A stretch of DNA of 64,000 nt from Zancudomyces culisetae HAW-14-8 (lineage: Eukaryota; Fungi; Kickxellomycota). The notes below the pieces were generated by a model. It did no database searches. It was not told the DNA's origin and saw nothing but the letters and a program-made list of their open reading frames with translations. The DNA lies in contig JBNJNM010000007.1 in NCBI GenBank assembly GCA_052426225.1, positions 434,001 to 498,000 on the forward strand, in the 5' to 3' direction. Numbering within the stretch: position 1 is the first letter of the stretch; every line of letters starts with the position of its first letter. Below, in pieces: positions 1-12,355 of the stretch. Made by a program: the position numbers and the translations under genes.

Positions 1-589
1 GTTTGACTTTTAATCTCAGAAATGTTATAATACGATACCTAGAAAGTGAAAATTTCAATTAGTTCTAGAACTACATATAGCTTTTGTACTACAAATATAG
101 TTCCTTTTTTATTTATTATTATTTTTTTTCTGCTGTGTAAACTAAGTTCTGTTTAACCCTGTTGCTAATATATTTTATGCAAATTTCACAACCCCGTGTT
201 TGAATTTTTCGGATCTCCCTACTTTCTCGGTTTTAAATCGACGTTTGGACCATCTGTAAATTGAAAAATGTGAAAAAGTCACCTGTGTTTCAAAAATAGC
301 ATGTTTTTCCCAGTTGATTTTGCTCTGTAATTGCAAACATGAGTAGCAAATGACAAGCCAAACACAAACCCGCCACTTTTTTTTAGTGGCTAAACCTGAG
401 TTTGAGAAGCTACCGATTCCAATCACGCATTTACATAGCTTAGAATATGGGAAGACATGGCCTCGTCTTAAAGTAGCGATTGCAGTTTACAACTGATACT
501 AAATAGCATGTATACGATGAAACTTCAAGTGTACTACCAATTTTGGCCGAAACGCGGAGTTAGATTAAACACTTTTTTTTGCTTTTTTT

Positions 590-641
590 TGAGAATGAAA
601 AATGTAAAATGTAAAATGTAAAATGTAAAATGAAAAATGAA
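590..641. repeat. (AAAATGT/AAAATGA)n heptamer tandem repeat
   Basis: tgagaatgaaaaatgtaaaatgtaaaatgtaaaatgtaaaatgaaaaatgaa; a near-identical tract occurs at 56902-56940. Confidence 0.85.
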
Positions 642-2229
642 GGCAAATATGGCTTTTTATCTGATGTCTTGGACTTACGTTGGTACACTAATACCAAACC
701 CACTTTTGCAATAAATTCTAAACTCGTTACAAAGTTATGGTTCTTGCACCAACATATTATACTACTACATTATACTATTAATCAGAGTATATCCCAAAAG
801 CACACCTTGGTTATGGATTCATAGCAAATCAATTCGGGATGGACTTAGTGCTTTCACTCGAATATACGATAATTACAGAGTAAATACCTTGGGTTAATTA
901 AAAAAACGGTTGGTCTTTTGTTGGAGTTTGGCGCATATAACCAATATGATTATCTGAAAGTCCTCATTTTTTTAAGTACGAGCATGAAAAGGGAAATACG
1001 CTTGATCCACATAGAGATAAGCTAAACTGGGACTGCGGTATTCTGCGAACGTGACTATATTAACATGTTAAATAATAGAAGTTTTGGAAAAGAAAATGAA
1101 CTGCTGAATTTGTTTTGTTGTTAAGTAAATATAGTTTCAATCTTCAGTGTGAGTTGGAATTTTCCGAAATGAAAATCAAAACAGATGCAGTTGGGGTGGT
1201 TAGAGTGTTGTTAGAATAAGTGACTATAAGTACAAAAATAGCAGTGTTTTGGGTGTTGCACTTCAAAAAAGGTAAAACGTTGAGACGCTTTACTTTCTCC
1301 TAACACATACCAATCGAGTTGGTATCACCAAATATATTCACGATTATGAAACATGTAATTATAAAAATATTAAAATGCTAAACCTTCAACTTGCAACCGA
1401 AATGAAACTGAAAAGGGAGGAGAATTGTAGAGTGTTTCAGGCTTGTGAACGCTATAATTTAAAAGTACCGAGTTTATTACCTCAAACCCCTTCCTCTTCC
1501 CATGAACCTTGGTATTAAACGATGATTACTGAAATGATAGAAGCAGTTAAGTACATTGGTATGAGTATTGCTATGTTGTTGGTTGTAAGTGGAGCTATTA
1601 CTAGTGTACACATTGAAGTGGTACTAGTGTTTGTAAATAAAAGTATACATATTAAATTATCTGTGACTCATGGATACCGCCCAGCAGTGAAATAATCGAG
1701 AGAGCAGTCTTCAAATATGCAAGTGTTTTCATATCATAATATAAACGGTAAAAATAAGCTTGTACGTTTCTGCTGTATAACCAAATGCAATGCTTTTCTC
1801 TTTAATTTTTACCAAATGTCTATCAATTGACCATGTGCATTTATATATCAATTATATTTAAAAATCAACAAGTGGTCTCATTATTATAACCATTCTACTA
1901 AAATAACATCAAAGCAATTATGCGCGATAACTCCCAGCTCAGTCTTATGAATACGCTACAGCGCAATATTACAAAAAAAGAGTTGGATCATTGAGTGTTG
2001 GATACTTTTATATATCAATTATACTTTTCTACACCAAACAAAACGACACAGCAAACCACCAATAAATTCGTTTGTTGTGATTAAAAACGGCCATAAATTA
2101 TGTAACCTAGCATTCCACATTTCTTGTATTTACAAACTGAATATAATTTTAGCATTATATTAGCCTTGTTTCGTATATATTAAAAAGCAAAAAAGAATGC
2201 AACAGGGATAGACAGGGATTCACTAGAAA

Positions 2230-5200
2230 ATGGATGAACCACGAAAAAGCACTCTTTTTTTTAATCGCATTCCAATCTCTGTACTGTCAACTATATTCGC
2301 ATTGACTCAGAACCCGGAGGTGGCACTGCTGAATAGAAGACTGCATCATGTTACACAAAATCCATGGACAATTGCAAATTACGTGCTTCATTTCGCAGAA
2401 CGCTGCGCCGAAGGTGGTCCTGAGGATCATATTTACTTTTACCTTGATTCGATATTGAAGAAATATCCAAGGGCGCATTTGGTAGATAGGGTCGGAGAGA
2501 TTATTTTGAGTGGAATCCCCAAGTTGAACTATATGTGGGCCATATCTCGGGCACTGGAGCACAATTGGAATAGCGCGATAAATAGTCTATTTGAAATGTT
2601 TATTTTAATCAACAGAGATACAGGAAAAATAATATACAAGCATGCAAAGTTTTTGAATAACAAAAGCAGCAACATAGATACCCAAAAGATTAAATTACAA
2701 ATTGAGGAGCCAGCTTGGAGGTATTTACAGCAGATTGACGTTAGTGAAGGTGTTTATGCACTACCCTTAATAGCTACGAAGTCGTTTCAAGATTATTTAA
2801 AGAGTAGCAAAGATGTTAAATTTTACACTAGAATGTATAAGGGGTTACTAAATTTGGTCTATTCCAGACTTGAGCTTCCAACAGCATGGACTGGAAGATA
2901 CAAGGAAGGTCTTGCTTTAACAGATTGCAAGTATGTCTTGATTTACCTTGCATTTAGTGTGATTAGAGCATTCGGAGCACGCAACTTTAGGGCGGTAAAT
3001 GCATTACCTTATACCGACATCAATTTAATGATAACGCCCCGTGATATTGAAACTGTTCCACAGCACATTCATCATTGTTTTCAACATTTTTTTGAGTTTC
3101 TCCTCAAGAAAAAGTACAACAGAAGTGCCAATATCCAGACAATACTTACGTTTTACGCAATTAAATACGACGGAAAAAAAAGTATTAAAACGCTAGTCAA
3201 GAACAAATCGCAAACTCTTGACTTGCGAATGCTACTTAATATGGCAATATTTTTGAGCAAAAGTTGGTGTGTAAGGTCAGTTATTCGGCTTGTAGAGTTG
3301 GATGAAGAGAAGTTGTATGATATTGGGTTAATGATGCTTAATTGTCACGACACAGCTGGTATTAACCATATCATAAGAAGTCAAGCTTCGTTAAGTACAA
3401 AAATGGCTGAGCTTATGATGCACACTGCGTTTACAGCTCGTGATATTGATTCGATCAAACTAATTGCTTCGAAATGTGAGATACACAATTCAAAAGATTT
3501 TCTCACAGGTGCAATATACACCGATAATATTGTGGCGTTAAGGTTATACCTTGAGGCGGGTGGTAATATAACCAAATACCAAGGTGCAGCACTTAAGATT
3601 GCAGTTGATAACGGAGAAATTAAACTATTGCGTGCTGCCCTCAAAGATAATCCAGGAGAGACTGTAACCGAGAGTATGATTAGACAGTTATGCACTTCAA
3701 TCGACTCCACAATCCTGGATAGCCTGATTAAGGATTTTACTCGGATTGAAGAGCTAATTTCAAACTCCGACATACACGATTCATACAATCGAGCACTAAG
3801 TTTTGGTAAGACTTTAGAATTTCTCATCACAACGGGGTTGGGATTAGATCACTTTTGCTTTAAAGTAATTTTCAAACAAATTATGATGGGAAACATGGAC
3901 AAAGTAAAGTGTCTATTAGAAAAGGGGGTGATGTTTGATGGGATCAAGTCTCCAAGCAAAAAAGCACTAAAAATCAGGAGGATGCTTTTAAAGATAGCTA
4001 GCCTTATAGCCAAGAAGAGCAATAGTAACAGTTGTACTGCTAGTTATGGTAATAGAAAAGTTGTAAGGCTTACCACCGACGATATTAGAAGACTGACGGC
4101 TAATTATATTCTCGATAATCGTTTCGAATATATTTATTCTAGAGATATCGATATGGTCGATCGTATTAACGCTATTTATGTAAGCATGAACTCACCCTAC
4201 TTGGAGAGTTCTCCGCCAAAGGATCAATATTTTAAACAGATGAAATCCAAGGTGGTGACTAGGAACTTTGAAACCTTGAAAGTGTTGTTGGAGAATACAG
4301 CAGCTGTGGATTCAGGGTATAACTTGATTCTGAGCGCTGCATACCAATATGGAAATAAAAACTGGATACAGTATTTTGTCGATCATGGAAAGAGACATGA
4401 GATAGACAAACGGGCTACAATGCACAGTGCGTGCAAATCCAACAGGTTAAATTCTTTAAAAATGTACTTTAGCAATGGCGGAAGGATGATAACCGAATCA
4501 GGTTTAAATGGTATCACTATTGCTTGCGGCTTGAGTAATTTGAGGATGGTACAAATGCTAGTGGAGAAAGGTGCAGATTTAAATGACTCAAAATGCAACG
4601 GAATTACTGAAGCCCTCAACCACAATAACATGGAGATAATTAAATACTTGATAGCAAATGATGCCAGTATTGATGGATTGGAGAATATCCTACTTGAAAC
4701 AGCGTGCTTAAATGGCGACTTCGAGCTTGTGGGGCTTGTAGCTAAAAGAAAACATGACATGAGAAAAATACGACACAATCATGTACTGTGGTTTTGTGTA
4801 TCGAATAGTCCGGAAGTTGCACTGACGTTACTGTCTTTTGGATTGGTTCGGCAGAGTAATGTAGCAACGGTTAAAAGTGGGAAATCCACAAGTATATATG
4901 ACTGTATTTATCAGGCAGTACTTAACAACAACTATGAGATGATCACATTGCTGATGCGATTTACAAATGATAACTCTACCCGCAGCCTACTTTACAAAAT
5001 CAAAGAGGTCATGGTAAACAAGGATATTAAAAGGATTGGGTTGCTTATAGAGCAAAGTGGTGAAATAAGTATTGATTACAACTATGGTTTGTTCAGCGCG
5101 TATCAAAATGGTGACTTTGAAATATTACAAATGGTTGTTCGCAGAGGGTTAGGATTACGCGTTAACGATTCGGCGTTAGTAAACTGCATTTGTAAAACCA

Positions 5201-5553
5201 ACAATACTCATCTGTTACGGCACTTGTTAAAACATGCTAATTTAGTCCTATATACCAAAAACCGTGGATTATCAGAAGCCTACCGCAATAAAAGTATAGA
5301 AATGATGAAGCTGTTGATTACCCATAGATTTTACGCGAGCCCTGACGAATGTTTGGCGTTGAGGTTGGCTTACAAGTTGAACAGTTTCGATTTCGCTGTA
5401 TTCCTTTCTAAATTTAAACCGCAGTGCTCAAAGAACTTTGTCAGGAAGTTGAAGAGAATAGTTATTGGGAACCGTAAAAAGACTGAAAACCTAACCAATA
5501 AGAGATATCGCATTGCAAAATATATGCTGAGCTATCTCTTGCCACGTGGTTAG
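2230..5553 (+). CDS. Intronless 1107-aa ankyrin-repeat-like protein with an N-terminal F-box-like segment
   Basis: Many degenerate ankyrin units (e.g. GITIACGLSNLRMVQMLVEKGADLN, GITEALNHNNMEIIKYLIANDASID). N-terminal NRIPISVLSTIFALTQNPEVALLNRRLH resembles the F-box pattern. Confidence 0.75.
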   Translation: MDEPRKSTLFFNRIPISVLSTIFALTQNPEVALLNRRLHHVTQNPWTIANYVLHFAERCAEGGPEDHIYFYLDSILKKYPRAHLVDRVGEIILSGIPKLNYMWAISRALEHNWNSAINSLFEMFILINRDTGKIIYKHAKFLNNKSSNIDTQKIKLQIEEPAWRYLQQIDVSEGVYALPLIATKSFQDYLKSSKDVKFYTRMYKGLLNLVYSRLELPTAWTGRYKEGLALTDCKYVLIYLAFSVIRAFGARNFRAVNALPYTDINLMITPRDIETVPQHIHHCFQHFFEFLLKKKYNRSANIQTILTFYAIKYDGKKSIKTLVKNKSQTLDLRMLLNMAIFLSKSWCVRSVIRLVELDEEKLYDIGLMMLNCHDTAGINHIIRSQASLSTKMAELMMHTAFTARDIDSIKLIASKCEIHNSKDFLTGAIYTDNIVALRLYLEAGGNITKYQGAALKIAVDNGEIKLLRAALKDNPGETVTESMIRQLCTSIDSTILDSLIKDFTRIEELISNSDIHDSYNRALSFGKTLEFLITTGLGLDHFCFKVIFKQIMMGNMDKVKCLLEKGVMFDGIKSPSKKALKIRRMLLKIASLIAKKSNSNSCTASYGNRKVVRLTTDDIRRLTANYILDNRFEYIYSRDIDMVDRINAIYVSMNSPYLESSPPKDQYFKQMKSKVVTRNFETLKVLLENTAAVDSGYNLILSAAYQYGNKNWIQYFVDHGKRHEIDKRATMHSACKSNRLNSLKMYFSNGGRMITESGLNGITIACGLSNLRMVQMLVEKGADLNDSKCNGITEALNHNNMEIIKYLIANDASIDGLENILLETACLNGDFELVGLVAKRKHDMRKIRHNHVLWFCVSNSPEVALTLLSFGLVRQSNVATVKSGKSTSIYDCIYQAVLNNNYEMITLLMRFTNDNSTRSLLYKIKEVMVNKDIKRIGLLIEQSGEISIDYNYGLFSAYQNGDFEILQMVVRRGLGLRVNDSALVNCICKTNNTHLLRHLLKHANLVLYTKNRGLSEAYRNKSIEMMKLLITHRFYASPDECLALRLAYKLNSFDFAVFLSKFKPQCSKNFVRKLKRIVIGNRKKTENLTNKRYRIAKYMLSYLLPRG

Positions 5554-6099
5554 CGTATTGTTGGATATTTTTGGGAATAGCAGTTTGGCTGAGTAGGAGG
5601 GATACATCGTATCATGTAGTTGAGGCCGATTGATTGAAAAACACAGCGTATATTGTTGGTTGATGCTCATTTACATTGGTAGAGAAATATTTTTCATTAA
5701 TTCATAATTTATTAAACAGCTCTTTGTACTTGGCCTAGTTGAATATCAGGAGATGGTGCTCTTGAAATGAGCACCTTAAGCGCAAATAATATAACTTTGT
5801 AGATTATACGACTCTTTATATTTGTGTATAGTTATAATTTCGTGTATTATTGTGTCAAAATTGCCTTTTTCTAGCGGATATTTGTTATTGAAGGAGTCAG
5901 ATATAATGATGGTCCACTTTTACCCAGAAATGCTAAGAATGTATTTTTCTATTGGTGGATCTATCATTCGAATTTTACTTCAATTTGAGTGTTACTTCAA
6001 CTTTCAAACCAACTAAAAAAGTGTAGTGTAATATTGTCCCTTTTTTCCGATTAGAATACTCAAGAAAGAATAAGAACAGACGGTACTAGGTACATTCAA

Positions 6100-8074
6100 A
6101 TGTCAGAAATTGCAAAGTGTGTTCTGGAAAAATATGAAAAACTTCCCAAAAAGGGGAAACCCGTCATAAAAAACCCCAAAATGGTAGAATGGACAGTGTT
6201 GGCTGGGATTGTCAAGGAGGAAAATGTAAGTGAGAAAATTACCACATTTTCCTTTTCTTTATCTAAGAAATTGTTTATGAGCTAGATATGTCATAAAGAT
6301 CTGTATATTTCACCACATACCTCATCAAAAGACGAGAAATGACGAGACAAGCAAATTAACCAAAATATAAAATAGAATCGCGATCAAACCAAATACGAAT
6401 GTGTTGCTTTAGGGTAATGTGAGATTCCGTATAAATTTATAATTTATTATTTACACTTCTAAAGAGTTAATAAGATTTACTAAATAAATATTTAATCGGG
6501 TTGGGGTTGGGGTTGGGGTTGGGGATAGAACAGAACTGGAACAAAGTGTTTGGGCGAGAAAGAGCTTAGTAAATATGGTGATTTGTTGTTTGACTCTCAC
6601 GCAGAGGTCATTTCTAAAAGAGCCTTTAATCTGTAAGTGGCCTTTACTGTTTTTACTTTAGGTGAGATACGACAGGGTTTTGTTAAATATTTACGTTTCA
6701 CACACACAATATGTCTACAAATATACATTATTACTTACTTTTGTTTGATAGTACTACTTTTTGTGCTAATTCGTGATATTTTGTGCAAAAAATTATAATA
6801 GATACCTAGTTAACCAACTTGAACTCTTTCTATCTCAAGAAGATCAAAATGATAGTATATTCATGAATATCAAAGGCAACCAAACTAATATGGACGATTC
6901 ACCGGATAAAAAAAGAGGGGAGGGTAATGGATGTAGTAGGCTAAAAACAAGGAACATCAAATTTCACCTTTATGTGAGCCAATGTCCATGTGGAGACGCA
7001 TCAACGAACCAACTGCTTGACCAGCTCAACAATGTAAATTGTAGCACTTTCCTGGATGTCAGTGGTGATAAACCTGCATCATCAAGTCTTAAAAGGGGCT
7101 GCGAACAAGAAGAAAAAAATACAGATAAACGTCCACCCAAAAAGAGCAGAGATATCTGCAGCAGTCCGAACGATTCTGTAGACGAAAATAAATATGTATA
7201 CAATAACCAGATTTTGGTTAGAGGTAGAAGCAATTTTAATATTCTTTCGACGTTACGAACAAAGCCAGGCCGAGCTGATGCTGATAGTACTTTGTCCATG
7301 TCTTGTAGTGACAAAATAGCAATGTGGAATGTCACAGGAATTCAAAACTCCATACTTTCATCAATAATAGAACCAATTTATTTTTCAAGTATAGTGATTG
7401 GAGATAGCACTTCATATCTGAAGGATTCATACAGAGCCTTTAACCAGAGAATTAAGAACCTGGATAAGGGACTGGTAGAATTGCCGTTTAAAATTAATGA
7501 AGTGGAGGTTTGTTCTGCGGACTTGGAGTTTTCCCATAGCCAGGGTAGCATTAAAACCAAACATCCTGAGGCAAAATTGATTGCAGCAGATGGGAGTATT
7601 AATTGGTATCGGTTTGAAAAAATCCAGTATACACAAAGCGGTAATGGTAGTGGTGACGGGTATAGCAAGAATTTTGTACAAAATGGAATTCTAGAAGTGA
7701 CTGTAAAGGGGAGGCTTCAAGGTTCTCCAGGAATAAGCGCTGCTAAGAAAAAACAGTCTCAACCCTCATCTGATGATTGTATAACGTTGGAAAAGCACAG
7801 ATCCAAGCTGTGTAAGCTCGAGCTCTGCAAAAGAATTGTATATTTGATGAGCAAATATGAGACACTTAGAGCAATTAGTGCGAAAAATACCAATGCCAAC
7901 ACACATCCTGATACTTCACTTGGGGAGGGACACTCGATATCTTTTAAGCAAACCTATAAACAACTAAAGAGCAAATCTACGCAGTACCAAAACGCTAAAC
8001 GGTCCTTAAAAGAATCAGTTTTCAAGTCTTGGGTTAGCAAACCAGGCGGTCTAGATGATTTTATAATAGAGTAG
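6100..8074 (+). CDS. TAD1: tRNA-specific adenosine-37 deaminase (ADAT1/Tad1), 4 exons
   Basis: Exons 6100-6225, 6376-6413, 6534-6632, 6802-8074 splice in frame (GT-AG). Motifs ALGTGTKC, DSHAEVI (HAE), [31 protein letters not shown]; no dsRBD. Confidence 0.95.
6498..6524 (+). repeat. (TTGGGG)n tract / putative G-quadruplex in TAD1 intron 2
   Basis: GGG-TT-GGGG-TT-GGGG-TT-GGGG-TT-GGGG immediately upstream of the acceptor CAG at 6531-6533. Confidence 0.9.
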
Positions 8075-8531
8075 AATTAGGTCATAGTAGCCTTTGTATA
8101 GTTGATCGTATTCTTCTAGCTTGGTGTATTTGGTATCTTTAAATAAAGTTGCTAGCAGTCAAGTTTAATGCATTCAATGTCATTATTCCCAGCTGCGAAG
8201 TTTTAATTTACGCTGTGTTTTAGCTAAAATGCTAATGAAATGTTGCGTAGCTTTGATTAGTAGCAAATTTTTATGCTGAGTTTTTTTCTGCTTTTTTGCT
8301 TATATTTAATTAACAATGTTTTGATTCTTGTACAGCAAATATCACGAAAATTAAATTGCCTAGTGGTGTATTGTACTAGCAAGAAATAGAGGCAATTCAA
8401 AAGGAAAAGACCCCAAAAGAGCTAACTGCAATTATAAGAGTATACGACTGGTACAACTTTATGAGTCTTTTGTACAAGAAATAAATAAATACAGAAACTT
8501 TGTGCTAGAAGCTAAAAAGCGATATAAAAGA

Positions 8532-11500
8532 ATGGAGGCTTCGACGAATGACAATAAAGGGAAAGATGGAGAACATGTCGGTGGCCAGTGGAAAGAAAAG
8601 GTAACCCTTAAAACATGATGTATTCTTCTTCAATCTTTCTTTTTTGTTTTAAAAAAAAACAAAACAAAAAGTTGAAATATGTGTAGACTAACTTTTTACT
8701 TAAATCACAAACATAGATCGAAAAAGATCCTTTCAACTTTGAGGTGTACAATGAAGTGATACGAGAGCTTAAAGGGAGGGGCAACTTCGAAGAGGTTAGG
8801 CAGATTCGAAATTATATGAAGGAAAATTTGGCGTTATCTCCAGGTAGATATTTTATATATGGTTACTATATAGAGACTGCATATTTAAAAGGTAGAAAAC
8901 AAACATAATTAAAAACGAAAATAGAAATGTGGCGGGAATGGATTATGGATGAACAGGGTAATAGTGTTGTAAATGAAGCAGAAGAGGACAAAGTAAACAC
9001 GATAATTGAACTATACAAACAGGCAATAGATATGTATACTGCAGGTAAAAAAAAAAGAAATTTCCTTTGATAGTTTTGCAGTACCAAAAGGACATTTATT
9101 ATACGCGAGTCATATGTGATATACCCAAAGTCTGTAGTTAAAAAACACTAATATTGCCTGTAGATTATCAACTTGCATTTGACTATTTGAACTTTGTGGA
9201 AAGCATTAACCAAGAATTGATAGAAAAATTGGAACAAAAATACGAAAAATGTGGAAAGGAGTGGGTGGATACTGAATGGATACAGATACTTTATCAGTTT
9301 GAGAGGAACTACACAGACGGACATAAACTGTGGAACAAATATATTGAAAGAAAAATCCAAGAGAATACACAAGAAGGTGGGAAAATCGAGGAAATCCACA
9401 GTATGATTCTAGAACGGATCCAGATACCACACCAACAGATTGAAGAAACCTTTAGCATATATTCGATGTTTGTAACTCAGTATATGGAGGATACATATGA
9501 AGAAACAATGGTTGAGGTAAACCAGCTGAAAACAATCACCAAGGAAAGGTGTTTGAAGCGAGATCAGTACGAGTTTGAACTGGGAGGTGATGATATGGAA
9601 AAACGGCTTTCAACGTTCCACAAGTATGTAGAATATCTCGAAAAAGAGGGTGGGAAAGAGAGCTTTATGGAAATCACCAATTTGTGTGAGCGAATGATTG
9701 TACATTTTGGTAGTAATCCAAAGTTCTGGGTATTTTATTTAGGAATTATGAACAAAAACGGAGTAACAGAAGAGGATTTGATGGTTTATAAAGCTCATAA
9801 ACGGAGTTGTTTGTTTGTTCCACTAAGTGGAGAATTAAGAGGGTTGTATTTGATATACAAGTTTTTGAATGTGGATACAGTTGAGGAGGGAGTTAGATAT
9901 TTTGAATATGTGGTGGATAACAGGATTTTGATACATTCAGTGGATGAGATGGCGCAGTTTTTGGTGTCAAGGTTGACGGCGGGAAGGTTTATGTACAGTC
10001 AGGAATTAATTACCCAAGAAGAGTTTCGGGAGCTGTGCAAAACCTGCTATTCGATTATTTGCAAATGGTTTTACAAAACACCAGATCCTCAATTTCGGGT
10101 AGAAAAATACATTATATTTGTAGAGCAGGCGATTCTGGAGAACATCGAGGCAGCAAAGGATTGGTGGACTACAGGTTGTAAAATCAACAAACATAACATT
10201 GAATATTGGATAAATTGTGCTGAGTTTATGAAGACTTATGTTTCTATTGAGGAAACCCGAAAAGTGTTTGAGCATGCCCTGATGACAATCAAAAAGGCTG
10301 CACAAAGAGGTGTGGAGAAATATAACGAGTCGAGTCATAGCTTTTTAATGAGCTGTAGTAGAGTTTTTGATGCGATGATCCAATTGGAATACAATTTAGG
10401 TGATATGAACTCGATATATTGTTCTAATCTTTCTATCGAAAGTTGTAGAACAGAGTTGTCCAAATACTATGCCTATGTAAACTATTACTATTATTTTTAT
10501 CAACAAGAACAACAGGAACAGCAACAGAATGCTGTAGGTGCGAGTGAGGAAGAGGGTGGTAATTCTGGGCAGTCGAAAAAACGAAAACGGGAATCCTTTG
10601 AAACAAGCGAAATCAAGCCAAGGAAATATATAACATACTATGTCAGTAACCTGCCGAAAGGAACAACACAGATGCAGATAAAAGAGTTGTTTGAAAAGAC
10701 AGGTACCGTCAGCAGTGTTAAATTCTCGAATAAGGCCGGAGGAGGATTAAGTTCAGGTTCAGGATTTTGTTATGTAAAAATGATGTTTGAGCAAGATGAC
10801 AACAATCAGCAATCTGGAGCGGTCATCAGTGAACTAAACGGCACCGAAATTATTCCTGGATTTCCAATAGTTGTTCAGTTTTCTGCAGAAAACAAACAAG
10901 CCAACAATCCTGCCGATTCACAACTGCAGGCTGATCCCAACCAACATAACACCATCATCACAATATCCAATCTTAATCCTTCTACTGAGCTGCAGAAGTT
11001 GCAGGATTTTATAAAGCAAAAACTCATCGAAAGTGACGAAAAGAACAACGACACATACAACAAAATAGCCCTGTCGCCTGAAAAACCTGATCCAAATGAT
11101 CCATTTAGTAGAAGTGCCAGTTTTACTCTTCCATCCTCTTCTTCAGCTGCTATTTTGTCAGTCTTAAATTTGAGTGGTGTAGAATTTGATGGTCGGTCGC
11201 TGACCCTTAAATCAAACAATAAACAGCTTGATCTGATTAATTCATCTACTACAGCCAGAATTACTGGTTTCAACAAATCGACAAAAATCGAGAAATTCAC
11301 CGAAATTATCTCAGAGGTTAGTTTACTCTATTTCTACCACCATTCTCACCACTATTTCTACCCTTCATTTTATTACCGTCCCTCCTTTTTTTTCTTTTGC
11401 TCTAACACTGTGATCATTACATAACTTTTAGATTGGAGAGATCAAGAGAATCCATCGGAATAACCAAGGAACAAAGATATTTGTTGACATGACCAGCTCC

Positions 11501-11740
11501 AACGACGCAATCAAGGTTGTCAGGAAACTAAACCAGTCAAGAATCGACGATTTTACCATCACTGCCAGCTTAACCAGCTCTGAGCTATCAGGCTCTAATA
11601 CCAACCGACCAAAGTACACTTCCTTTTCCAATAGAAGCTTCAATTCAAGATCCAACTCGAGATACGATCCAAAGCCTAAACCAAAGCCTAAAATGCTAAT
11701 GACTCCAAGATCTGTTGCCTCTCGCCCTTCCAAGCCCTGA
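8532..11740 (+). CDS. PRP24: U4/U6 snRNP recycling factor SART3/Prp24-like (HAT repeats + RRMs), 5 exons
   Basis: Exons 8532-8600, 8717-8843, 8925-9044, 9164-11316, 11432-11740. N-terminal DPFNFEVYNEVIRELK...LSPEMWREWI, HAT repeats, KKRKR NLS, RRMs (YVSNLP, GFCYVKM), C-terminal LMTPRSV motif. Confidence 0.85.
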
Positions 11741-12355
11741 TTGTTTCTATGCTATTTTACTGTGATATTTTTTTGTGTTTAATAAAATATTGGTGCTAAT
11801 ACCACCGCTATGAAACTACTTGTTTATCAATCATACTGTTTAAGCGTCCAGACAAGAGTTCTAGCTAATCTATACACAGTGATACCCTTTTACACCTGGT
11901 GCTACAGTTCACTTGCTCATAGATATTTTGGTTATATTGCCATTAATGTTTTCCAATTTTATTCAAACATTTTAAATTGTTGCCATTATCATTAATAAGC
12001 AGCTTTTTTTTTTTTTACAAATAAAAAAATATTTTTTTATCAAATATCTCTGGTTATAGATTGCTGTTTGATTATTTTTTTTTTAGCTAATTGTGTTGTG
12101 TGTGGAATTAACCCCAGAATAAAAACGCTGTTTGGGTCAAACAAGAATAGAACACACTAGAAAAATTGAAACATCCCGATATTTGTATTTATTTTAAATT
12201 CAACTTTTAGTAAATTTGAGATTAGTCTAAATCAAAAGGTAATTTTAATCAAACAATTAACCTTGGTAATATCTGCATCCTGGAATCCAATTACTCATAC
12301 TAATTAGGTGCCTTTAAACGCTAGAAAATATATATAGGCAGAGACTACAAGAAAA

